Positions 7,662-15,433 of a DNA stretch of 48,591 nt are shown here, piece after piece. Source of the stretch: a virus. Its lineage: Duplodnaviria > Caudoviricetes. The DNA lies in IMG/VR virus record IMGVR_UViG_3300012038_000021, positions 1 through 48,591 of that record; one strand, written 5' to 3'. A program made the position numbers and the translations under genes. Below the pieces are notes generated by a model. It ran no database searches and had not been told where the DNA came from. It worked only from the letters and a program-made list of their open reading frames with translations. How positions within the stretch are numbered: the stretch's first letter is position 1; every line of letters begins with the position of its first letter.

Positions 7662-9395
7662 CTACCAACCTTTCACTGGTTTGTTACGGCCTTTGGATTT
7701 GATTGCATCGTAAAGGGCAGACAGTAAACCTGTCTCATCCCATTCAGAACTCTGGCCGTCTAACGTTTCCTTCATTGACCTTCTCTTTACTTCAACAAGG
7801 TCAGTAAAGTATTCATCGATTGTGTTACTAGCAATAGGATACGTTGCATTAACGAATCCTTTTCTCTGTCCGATTCTTACCAGTCTACTCTCTGCCTGTT
7901 CTTCATTAGCAGGATTCCACTGTCTCTCTGCAATGATACAATCATTACATACTTCCTGTAGTCTGTCAACTCCTTCTCCCATTGCCAGTGTAGAACCAAC
8001 AATGAATGGAATGTCTGGAGTATTTGCAAACTTAGCAACCAAATCAAATCGTTCCGTTGCTCCTAATCCAGAGTGAAACCTTAGTGGTTGTCCGTAACCA
8101 CCATCTTTGCAAGTCTTACTCAAGAGAATGTGAATAGCCTGTTGCACATCCTCATGCTGGGTAAAGATTACCAGCTTACCGGCTGGATTCTCTAACAGAA
8201 ACTCTTCAGCTAAGTCAACTGTTGGTTGAATCTTATTCAATCCAACAAGATGTCTCATTACTGCAAGCCTAGCAATCAGAACAACAGGGTCTTTCTTTCT
8301 TGTTTCTTCTTCCATTTCCCTAATGAACTGTGCTTCTGCTTCTAAGTAAGCGGCCTTGAGTTTCTCACTCTCGAAGTCTACATGGTAAAAGATTCGGTTT
8401 GCTTTAGTAACTCGCAATCCAATCTCTTCCTTCACTTGCTCTCTTGTTCGTCGGATAATCATATCCTTTGTATATTCCGCGAACCTCTCTGGATTCCACA
8501 ATCCAGTATGCTTCTCATAGCCGTTGACTAACTCGGTCTTTACCCACCTTCTTAAGTATCCATCTCTAGTTGGAAACTTATTCGGGTCAAGTAAGTGTAA
8601 GATTGTGTAATACTCTGCTGCACTATTTTTAATTGGTGTGCCGCTTAGTGCTATCACATTCTTACCAGCCGCAATCCTCTTAACTTCATCGGTTCTAGCA
8701 CTATTACCTTTGATAGCTTGAACCTCATCCATGACGATTGTCTTGAATGGGAAGTCATAGAATGGATTGTCTTTCTTGGTTGTCTCAATCTCATGTCCAT
8801 ACTTACTAGTCAAGACAACCTTCTGAGACTTACTAAACCTTCTCAGAATATCATAGGATGCAATGTAGATATTGAATCCCTCAATGGGTGGAATCTTTCC
8901 ATCCTCAATAGTCTGAGGTATGAAATCGGTATCTCCCCAACTGAGTAACTGCACTAACCATTGCATCTTAATGTTTGATTTTGCTAGAATCAGACAAGGA
9001 AAGACAAGCTCAGGACAGTAAAGCATTGCATACCGAAGAATACATATTGCTTGGACCGTTTTACCTAGTCCTTGTTCATCGGCAATCAATACTCTGAAGG
9101 CATTACGAATAGCAAACTTAATGCCTTCAATCTGAAACGGATAAGGAGTATCGCCAGTTCTTTTATTCTTGAAGATGAACTTATGTTCTTCAAGGCCATT
9201 AGAACTAACTACTTCTTGAATCGTTTCTTGAACGGCCTGACTATCAATGGGTGGGGAAGGTTTGATTACCTCTTCCACTATGGCTTTCTCTTCAGGCCGT
9301 CCGGCCATATGCTTACACTGTAGTCTTACCAGTTTCTTTCCTACTTCACCGACTATCTCTTGCTCTGTCTTACAGAAGGGACAAGTCAATGTCAT
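7662..9395 (-). CDS. SNF2/SWI2-family helicase-like ATPase
   Basis: LIADEQGLGKT, MDEVQ, LSGTPIKN, WNPANEEQAESRLVRIGQ. Confidence 0.92.
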   Translation of the reverse strand: MTLTCPFCKTEQEIVGEVGKKLVRLQCKHMAGRPEEKAIVEEVIKPSPPIDSQAVQETIQEVVSSNGLEEHKFIFKNKRTGDTPYPFQIEGIKFAIRNAFRVLIADEQGLGKTVQAICILRYAMLYCPELVFPCLILAKSNIKMQWLVQLLSWGDTDFIPQTIEDGKIPPIEGFNIYIASYDILRRFSKSQKVVLTSKYGHEIETTKKDNPFYDFPFKTIVMDEVQAIKGNSARTDEVKRIAAGKNVIALSGTPIKNSAAEYYTILHLLDPNKFPTRDGYLRRWVKTELVNGYEKHTGLWNPERFAEYTKDMIIRRTREQVKEEIGLRVTKANRIFYHVDFESEKLKAAYLEAEAQFIREMEEETRKKDPVVLIARLAVMRHLVGLNKIQPTVDLAEEFLLENPAGKLVIFTQHEDVQQAIHILLSKTCKDGGYGQPLRFHSGLGATERFDLVAKFANTPDIPFIVGSTLAMGEGVDRLQEVCNDCIIAERQWNPANEEQAESRLVRIGQRKGFVNATYPIASNTIDEYFTDLVEVKRRSMKETLDGQSSEWDETGLLSALYDAIKSKGRNKPVKGW

Positions 9396-9398
9396 CCC

Positions 9399-10079
9399 TT
9401 ATTCTCCTTTCTTTTCCTTAGCTAGTCTCATCTTCTCTCTGATTGCCGCTGCCTTACTAGCTAAGTCTTCGGCACTAACCTTAGGCACTTCTACCTTTGG
9501 TTTCATACTAGAAGCCAGTTGTTCTAGTGCTTCACTTAATGGCTGAACTTTCTCTGGCTTCTCAGGATTAACAAACCCACCATTCTGTTTCTTAATCTGT
9601 TGGGTTAGTTCTCTTATGTCAATCCCTAGCATAGACTGTAAGAGATTCTCTTTTGGTTTCTTCTCCCGCTTACGGGGTTCACCTTCCCAATTAACCTTAA
9701 TGTGTGGGTCAGTGATTAGAGTATCTCGTTCACTTACCCACTTGGGAAGACCATGCCTACCAGCAATCTTATCGTGATGCTGATTGAGCATGGCAAACTC
9801 TCTCTTACAGTAGAACTCTATGCTATAGATTTCGATGATGCGTTTCTCTATATCATCTTTGCTCATCTTCTCTATGGCAAGAGTCTTCTCTTCAAACCAT
9901 TTGATGTATAGGTCTTTGTCAATGTCGTATTGCCCCATTTGCTTCCCTTCTAGACTAAGGTAATAGTCTCGACACTTACCAGCACAGAAGACATACCACT
10001 TATCTCCTGTTCGTTCACCACAGAAGTTACAGTATCCATTTTGTTTTATCACATGGGTAATAACCTCTATACTGTCCAC
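9399..10079 (-). CDS. Hypothetical protein (N-terminal CxxC..CxxxC)
   Basis: 226-aa ORF. Confidence 0.7.
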   Translation of the reverse strand: MDSIEVITHVIKQNGYCNFCGERTGDKWYVFCAGKCRDYYLSLEGKQMGQYDIDKDLYIKWFEEKTLAIEKMSKDDIEKRIIEIYSIEFYCKREFAMLNQHHDKIAGRHGLPKWVSERDTLITDPHIKVNWEGEPRKREKKPKENLLQSMLGIDIRELTQQIKKQNGGFVNPEKPEKVQPLSEALEQLASSMKPKVEVPKVSAEDLASKAAAIREKMRLAKEKKGE

Positions 10080-10112
10080 AAAGTAAACGGCCTTGTGGAC
10101 AGTAACAAGCTA

Positions 10113-10484
10113 TTAACTATTCATCTTTGCTTTCTTAGCACGTTGCATCTTCCTGATTATCTTAGCCAGCTTCTCTTTGTTCTCTGGCCGCTTAGTCCAA
10201 TGAAGCTTGGTATACTTACGCTTCATTCTTCCTTCTTCCTGTTTCTTATTGACCTTCTTTGAAGACCAGCGGTAAGGAACAGGTTTGGCTACCCACTTAT
10301 CAATGAACTCTTCTCTAGTAGGTGTTTTACCTTTTGCCTGCTCATTGAATCCTTCACTAAATACCTTAAGGATTTCATGTTCTACTCTCTGGCCTGAAGG
10401 CGGAAGGATTGAATCCAATTCATTCAGGTTTGCTTCGATGTTATCTGCAATCATGCGTAGCTTCTTAATAAACTCTCTCATCAT
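10113..10484 (-). CDS. Basic hypothetical protein
   Basis: 123-aa ORF, GAGGAG RBS. Confidence 0.65.
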   Translation of the reverse strand: MMREFIKKLRMIADNIEANLNELDSILPPSGQRVEHEILKVFSEGFNEQAKGKTPTREEFIDKWVAKPVPYRWSSKKVNKKQEEGRMKRKYTKLHWTKRPENKEKLAKIIRKMQRAKKAKMNS

Positions 10485-10489
10485 ACTAA

Positions 10490-10708
10490 TTACTCCTCAA
10501 ATGGAAGGTTCATATTGGGCACTTGCTTTACTAGCTCTTTGATGCTGAACCCATGCACATCAAATATGTCATACTCATAGTCACTACCGTTGTCTCTGAT
10601 AATGAACTTACCATTCTCAAAGATGAACCGGCTAACGTTATGGAAGTCTACTGTGCTTCCGGTTCTGAACTTAACTTCTATTCGTTTGATTAGAAGTATG
10701 TTCTTCAC
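10490..10708 (-). CDS. Hypothetical protein
   Basis: 72-aa ORF. Confidence 0.55.
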   Translation of the reverse strand: MKNILLIKRIEVKFRTGSTVDFHNVSRFIFENGKFIIRDNGSDYEYDIFDVHGFSIKELVKQVPNMNLPFEE

Positions 10709-10730
10709 TTGGCACTTCCTGTTCTATTAA

Positions 10731-10741
10731 GCGCGAAGCGC
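10731..10741. promoter_or_regulatory. Recurrent mini-hairpin GCGC-GAA-GCGC abutting a stop codon
   Basis: Directly follows the TGA of 10742-11074. Confidence 0.6.
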
Positions 10742-11074
10742 TCACTTGGCACTCCCCAATCTGATTATCTCATCTACTAACTCTTGATATTTCTTTTCCT
10801 TTCTTCTTTGTGCAGACTTAAGACGTTTCTCTGCATGGTCTTTGAAGGTTTCTTTCTTCCTATACTTGGCTTGATTAATTACTGGTTCTCTATTCCAAGT
10901 AGAGGATAGGTCAGCCCATGACCTAGGTTGTAGTGTTCCGTTAAGTAACATTCTACCATCAGATACGATTGACCAAAAGTTAATTTCTACTAAATCGTAT
11001 GCAGTAGGCCAATACTTATGATGAGATACTGGATAGTCTCCTTTTACTTTCTTCCTAGAGCACTGATTCCACAT
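10742..11074 (-). CDS. Hypothetical protein
   Basis: ORF in the operon; start uncertain. Confidence 0.55.
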   Translation of the reverse strand: MWNQCSRKKVKGDYPVSHHKYWPTAYDLVEINFWSIVSDGRMLLNGTLQPRSWADLSSTWNREPVINQAKYRKKETFKDHAEKRLKSAQRRKEKKYQELVDEIIRLGSAK

Positions 11075-11315
11075 ACATTACACCGGGAATCACTTCGTAT
11101 TGCATCTTACCAGTAGGAAGCCTCATCCAAATCTCCAATACAGACGTATCATCTCTCCAAGTGTTAATAGTAACCACGTTGTAGAAGGTGAGAGTATCTG
11201 ACTCTATGATTACTCTCAATTTCATCCGGCCTCGTTTCATATAGTTCTTTGCGTCAGTGCATGTATTGCAAAGACAATCACAATTCTGTGGTTCCATACA
11301 GACTGCACAATTCAT
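11055..11315 (-). CDS. Hypothetical protein (Cys-rich N-terminus)
   Basis: 86-aa ORF. Confidence 0.55.
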   Translation of the reverse strand: MNCAVCMEPQNCDCLCNTCTDAKNYMKRGRMKLRVIIESDTLTFYNVVTINTWRDDTSVLEIWMRLPTGKMQYEVIPGVMYVESVL

Positions 11316-11548
11316 AATTTCCTTCCTTTCATTTCCTGCTCTAGTAGGTCTAGTGCCAATTCAAGTTCTAAGTTCTTATTCTCATAGGTAGTAGACCATG
11401 CAATAAGAAACTGTTTGGCAATCTCTAGTTCTTCGTCAGTTACATTAGCATTGAATGTAACCATATAGTGATTAGCCTTTGCAATCTTTTGGAAGGCAGT
11501 TGCTATGTCTCTAGCAATGCTTCTGGTTTGTTCAGGTTTCTCTATCAT
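11312..11548 (-). CDS. Hypothetical protein
   Basis: 78-aa ORF with RBS. Confidence 0.6.
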   Translation of the reverse strand: MIEKPEQTRSIARDIATAFQKIAKANHYMVTFNANVTDEELEIAKQFLIAWSTTYENKNLELELALDLLEQEMKGRKL

Positions 11549-11594
11549 ATTGTCCTTTTCTTAGGACGAAGCGGAGTGGCTTTAACTTTTCTAC

Positions 11595-11795
11595 TTACGT
11601 AGTAACCTCAATAATCAAGTCATCAAACCTATGGACTTGACTAAGCTTTTGTCCAATTAAGTCTATGAGATTTTCCATTGCTTCTTCAATCTCTTCGACT
11701 GCTGCATCTAATTCTTCATCAGGCCAATGCTTAATGGTCTTAATGTTGACTTTCAGTTGGTAAAGAATCATTAGTAACCCATCTTCCTTTCCCAT
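11595..11795 (-). CDS. Hypothetical protein
   Basis: Likely start at 11771 (MILYQL), overlapping the upstream stop. Confidence 0.5.
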   Translation of the reverse strand: MGKEDGLLMILYQLKVNIKTIKHWPDEELDAAVEEIEEAMENLIDLIGQKLSQVHRFDDLIIEVTT

Positions 11796-12169
11796 GCCAA
11801 TTCTGTTTCATAGGCATAGTGGTCATCGATGATTTGTGTTACGTGGTCTTTCTCTTCTTGAGTAAGAGAATTCCAGTTTACTTCTGGTGCTACTCTATTC
11901 CCTTTGCATTCATTACAGGGAACATCATAGGCTCCACTAAAATACATCTCTTCAAAGTCTCTGTCTTCAGCAAAGTCTTCGGCAGTCAATCCATTACTAT
12001 CAATGCTAGGATTAACGTGACTCCCTTTACCAGAACAAGTGCCACATACTTCATACTTAGCTGGCACTTCGTTTATGTCTTCGTCTTCTGGTTCTTCTTT
12101 GAGAGTGATTACCATTCTCTTCTCATCGAAGGAATGATACCACTTCTGGTCTGTTTCTCTTCGGTCCAT
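11771..12169 (-). CDS. DnaJ-type CxxCxGxG zinc-finger protein
   Basis: CGTCSGKG and CNECKGNR. Confidence 0.7.
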   Translation of the reverse strand: MDRRETDQKWYHSFDEKRMVITLKEEPEDEDINEVPAKYEVCGTCSGKGSHVNPSIDSNGLTAEDFAEDRDFEEMYFSGAYDVPCNECKGNRVAPEVNWNSLTQEEKDHVTQIIDDHYAYETELAWERKMGY

Positions 12170-12306
12170 ACTAACTCCTTTGTCCTAATAGTTAGCGGCC
12201 TATAGGAAAGCAAAGTAGAGTTATTAAGACTAGGAAAAGAAATGTAAGAATCATTTCTCCCCATCCACTTTTCTCTTTCATATTAACTCCTTTTCTTTTC
12301 GATTAA

Positions 12307-12317
12307 GCGCGAAGCGC
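12307..12317. promoter_or_regulatory. Recurrent mini-hairpin GCGC-GAA-GCGC abutting a stop codon
   Basis: Directly follows the TAG of 12318-12692. Confidence 0.6.
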
Positions 12318-12692
12318 CTACCGCTCCCAATTGCCCTTCATTCTGGCAATCTGTTCGTCTGGCACATTGTGAACGCTCTTCCGAAGTGGGCCAGTCATAG
12401 TAACTTCTGTTACTGTGTAGTAGTTAGCCTCTGCCAAGTCCAAGTAGTCTTTCATTTCCCAACGCTTAACGAAGGTGTTAGCTACTGCAATGGTTTGAAC
12501 TCCGGCAATCATTGCATACTTAACCTTATCCTTACACCAAGCGTGAGCCTCTGCCAACTTCTCTCTGTCATACTGATAGGCTCCGTCTTTCTTAAAGAAC
12601 TCATCAGCCTCACAAACAATGTGAGCAATCTTATTGGCAAAGGTTGACTTACCTGAACCGGGCAATCCACGAATCAAATAGATTTGTCTCAT
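12318..12692 (-). CDS. P-loop kinase (AAA_33 / polynucleotide-kinase-like)
   Basis: LIRGLPGSGKST, EADEFF, AHAWC, VANTF, HNVP. Confidence 0.8.
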   Translation of the reverse strand: MRQIYLIRGLPGSGKSTFANKIAHIVCEADEFFKKDGAYQYDREKLAEAHAWCKDKVKYAMIAGVQTIAVANTFVKRWEMKDYLDLAEANYYTVTEVTMTGPLRKSVHNVPDEQIARMKGNWER

Positions 12693-12805
12693 CTTAATCC
12701 TCCTTTCTTAGTGAAATGCCATCCCTTCAGGTCTGCCAATTACGGATGGTAGGACACTCTTAATCTGTTACTGTATTACGTTAAGAGTAGGCAGTATTTA
12801 AGCAC

Positions 12806-12861
12806 ATTCCACTCCTTAAACCTTCTCTTAAGAAAGCTTAAGGAGAGGAATTACTCTCTCC
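12806..12861. repeat. Palindromic repeat unit A (downstream of the nucleotidyltransferase)
   Basis: attccactccttaa...ttaaggagaggaat imperfect hairpin, similar to unit B. Confidence 0.7.
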
Positions 12862-12868
12862 CTATTTC

Positions 12869-13318
12869 CTACTTAGCGCCTAGATTAAGACGCTTTGGAT
12901 TCTGCCAATCCTCCATATCCTCTACATCTTCACCAAGCCTATGGATGGCAATGGCAGCGTTCCACACAAACTTCCTACTCTCTTTAGGAACACTATGAAG
13001 AGAGTTTGTCTGCAACAACAACAGTTGAACTTGATGCTTAAAGGTAGCATCCTTCACCAACTGAATGTGAATGTCGTTGTAGACTAGCACGGTAACGATT
13101 GTAGAATCGTCATACCGTAGCAAAGCCTCTCCCTCGCTCTCATAGAATCCCAATGAGTAGAGGAAGTCTCTGACTCTGGCGTTATCACTCACGAAGTAAT
13201 CCCAATCTGACTTCGAGTGATAACCACCAAAGAACCTAGAGCCAGTCAGATAGAAACTAAACTCTGACTTCTCTAGCTTACCGATGATTGAAGAATCATG
13301 CCTCACGTTCACAATCAT
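12869..13318 (-). CDS. Pol-beta superfamily nucleotidyltransferase
   Basis: YLTGSRFFG...SDWDYFV motif; GGAGG RBS. Confidence 0.75.
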   Translation of the reverse strand: MIVNVRHDSSIIGKLEKSEFSFYLTGSRFFGGYHSKSDWDYFVSDNARVRDFLYSLGFYESEGEALLRYDDSTIVTVLVYNDIHIQLVKDATFKHQVQLLLLQTNSLHSVPKESRKFVWNAAIAIHRLGEDVEDMEDWQNPKRLNLGAK

Positions 13319-13331
13319 ACTAACCTCCAAT

Positions 13332-13398
13332 GAAGAGAGTTATTCTCTTCCTTAAATTCTTACTTATAAGAACTTAAGGAAAGGAATAACCTTTCTTA
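13332..13398. repeat. Palindromic repeat unit B (upstream of the nucleotidyltransferase)
   Basis: gttattctcttccttaaattctta...taagaacttaaggaaaaggaataac. Confidence 0.7.
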
Positions 13399-13489
13399 TT
13401 ATTCTTTCTAGAGCCGATTCAGCGGGAACCGCTTACTCCGATAAGGCTTTTGATTCATGTAAAGATGCTTCAAAAGGCTAATCCGAGTG

Positions 13490-13960
13490 TAATTCGCTGC
13501 ACTTTCGCCGGTCAAGTTTGGTTGCCTATGGGTGGTCTACAGGCTACCTACCGGCTAGTGACTGGGCTGTTACTGGCCTATGTTCGCCGGCTAACCCCTT
13601 GTCTAGACTACACTTAGTCCCTACCACCCTACTCTACCATACCCTTTGGGTAGTGTCAAGGTGTCCTGTTTTGATGACATGGGGTGTAATAGATTTAGTG
13701 TTTGATTCTTTATATATATTTTTTTTATTATATATAAAGAAGGACAAACCCCCCACCACCCCTGTCACCAAAAGAGGACACTACCTACCCATAAAATATG
13801 GGCAGGGAGAGGGATGGTAGACAAGAAAGTGAAGAATCCCTAGCAAATCCTGCAAATATGCCTGTTTTCACTACCCGGTATTTAGCCGGTCAAATGCCGG
13901 TCAATACTCGGTAGTTAGCCAGCATATAACCAGTAATGCCCGGCGAAGGTTAGGCGAATT
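13490..13960. other. Large non-coding imperfect palindrome with AT-rich centre (candidate replication origin)
   Basis: Perfect 13-bp IR 13706-13718/13729-13741, nested IR 13661-13686/13757-13781, weaker outer arms; no credible ORF. Confidence 0.5.
13631..13659 (-). promoter_or_regulatory. Sigma70-type promoter
   Basis: TTGACA-N17-TAGAGT with extended -10 TG. Confidence 0.6.
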
Positions 13961-13969
13961 GTACTAACT

Positions 13970-14266
13970 TTGTAGATTTGATTCAATGCTGGAGGATTAG
14001 AACCTTAATTTGAGTGTGGCAGAATCAAAACTTTCTCGTTTGGACTCGGAACAGTGTAGATAACTTCTAAAACTACTGCTCTGAATCCTGTTTTCTTTGC
14101 TAGACGGTGAGCTTCTGTGATTGCACTTTCCTTTGTTAAGTGCTCCTTTCGGGGTTTGTTTAGGTGTTTCACTTTCCGGCTCTCTGTTTTGATGGATGGA
14201 GAATCCAACATTACGTAGTAGCCCATACAGAAGACCTTTCTGTCCAGCACTGAATGAAACCTACAA
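13970..14266 (-). repeat. Gene-enclosing stem S6 (arms 13970-13993 / 14243-14266)
   Basis: 24 positions: 21 WC, 2 G-U on minus-strand RNA, 1 mismatch. Confidence 0.8.
14005..14226 (-). CDS. Hypothetical protein (73 aa)
   Basis: MGYYVML...EHLTKESAITEAHRLA; lies inside S6. Confidence 0.65.
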   Translation of the reverse strand: MGYYVMLDSPSIKTESRKVKHLNKPRKEHLTKESAITEAHRLAKKTGFRAVVLEVIYTVPSPNEKVLILPHSN

Positions 14267-14271
14267 GTTTT

Positions 14272-14695
14272 GTTTGTGTGCTTTACTGGTAGCCTGAAAG
14301 ACTAGTTAGAACTTTGGGTCGTCGTAGCTATCGGAGTAGTCAGGGATTGACTTGGACTGATAACTCTTGTCCAAGGAATCCTGAACGTTGGAACGAAAGA
14401 GCATAAGACGATTCTCAGTCTCACGCAATTCCTCTTGCAGAGTCTTGATTTTGGCATTCAGACCATCCACCACGAAAGTCTGTGGTTGAATAGCCATAAT
14501 TGCTTCAACCAATTCCTTTGCCTCACGCAATCCCAAATCGATTGAGACAGTGTGAAACATTGGTGAAGTCTCTTGTGTGTGAATCTTGATTGGCAATTCG
14601 CGTAGTGCCTTGATTGCAGCAATCTTGTTAGTGACCTTACTCAAGTCAATCATAGTAACCTCTTGTTTCTCAGGCTACCAATGAAGCACACAAAC
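14272..14695 (-). repeat. Gene-enclosing stem S5 (arms 14272-14297 / 14670-14695)
   Basis: 26 positions: 24 WC, 1 G-U, 1 mismatch. Confidence 0.85.
14306..14653 (-). CDS. Ribosomal protein bL12 (L7/L12) C-terminal-domain-like protein with coiled-coil tail
   Basis: NKIAAIKALREL...LGLREAKELVE matches the bL12 CTD pattern KIxVIKxVRELTGLGLKEAKDLVE, with an insertion. Confidence 0.7.
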   Translation of the reverse strand: MIDLSKVTNKIAAIKALRELPIKIHTQETSPMFHTVSIDLGLREAKELVEAIMAIQPQTFVVDGLNAKIKTLQEELRETENRLMLFRSNVQDSLDKSYQSKSIPDYSDSYDDPKF

Positions 14696-14971
14696 TGTTT
14701 GTAGGTTTGATAAGTGAGTCTATTCAAGAGAAGAGGCTGCGCTGGTTAAGAACTAATTCTTAACCTGCTTCTTGAGTCTGATTGCCTTCTTGCTGATTCC
14801 CTTCTCCCGGCGAGCATTGGAAACCTTTGCCCACGCAGAAAGCTTGGAAGAAAGCTTGTTGTCCCAATCGAACTTGGCGCATTCACCAAGTGTGAACGTC
14901 TTGTAAGTGTGAGCCATATTAACTCCTTGAAGTGAAGTGGAGAATAGACTCACCAACCAAACCTACAAACA
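14696..14971 (-). repeat. Gene-enclosing stem S4 (arms 14696-14725 / 14942-14971)
   Basis: 30 positions: 27 WC, 2 G-U, 1 mismatch; abuts S5. Confidence 0.85.
14753..14917 (-). CDS. Small basic hypothetical protein (54 aa)
   Basis: AAGGAG RBS, MAHTYKTF...; lies inside S4. Confidence 0.65.
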   Translation of the reverse strand: MAHTYKTFTLGECAKFDWDNKLSSKLSAWAKVSNARREKGISKKAIRLKKQVKN

Positions 14972-14977
14972 TAAACA

Positions 14978-15087
14978 ATCCAATTAGAAGGGCTGATTTA
15001 CAGTTCATTTAACCCTCACTCTGTAAATAACCTTATGGGCAGAGTATTAACCTCTTGTTTAAGGAGGCGGCACCATTCTAATTAGAC
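14978..15087 (-). ncRNA. Stem-enclosed non-coding unit S3 (two internal hairpins)
   Basis: Closing stem 14978-14989/15076-15087 (10 WC + 2 G-U); internal atttacag/ctgtaaat and cctta/taagg helices. Confidence 0.45.
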
Positions 15088-15090
15088 TGC

Positions 15091-15433
15091 TGGAGATTAG
15101 ATGCTCAATAGGTGAGCCGAGTAGAAAAGTTGAACTATTAGATTCGGCGCAACGCGCCTAGCTAGCGATTCCGTTCTTGATTTTGACTACCCAAACCTTA
15201 GCTTGGGATTTGTCACGAACTTGGAAAGAGCCGTCTGCCAAGTCTTCCAATGAACAATAGCCGGAGCCATTGTAGGTGTTCATTGTGAAGTCTTTGTTAG
15301 CGTTCAGGTCGAGAATTACAGAAGCGCGATTCTTGTAATCACGGCCATAAGCTGGTGTGAGTGTTCCGCCGGTAAGCTTCTCAGGCATTGTATTTGTCCT
15401 AATCTGGCTCACCTACTGAACACCTAATCTCCA
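15091..15433 (-). repeat. Gene-enclosing stem S2 (arms 15091-15118 / 15406-15433)
   Basis: 28 positions: 25 WC + 3 G-U, no mismatch on minus-strand RNA. Confidence 0.9.
15158..15388 (-). CDS. Hypothetical protein (76 aa, TLTPAYGRDYK motif)
   Basis: AGGA RBS; lies inside S2; GCGC-AAC-GCGC hairpin (15147-15157) abuts its stop. Confidence 0.7.
   Translation of the reverse strand: MPEKLTGGTLTPAYGRDYKNRASVILDLNANKDFTMNTYNGSGYCSLEDLADGSFQVRDKSQAKVWVVKIKNGIAS

Noticed and set aside
13518-13820. 100-aa plus-strand ORF
   Set aside because: Antisense to the operon, crosses the low-complexity palindrome, no RBS.
7651-15157. GCGCGAAGCGC repeats as a CRISPR array or terminators
   Set aside because: Too short and kilobases apart for CRISPR; 4-5 bp stems without a U-tract are poor terminators.
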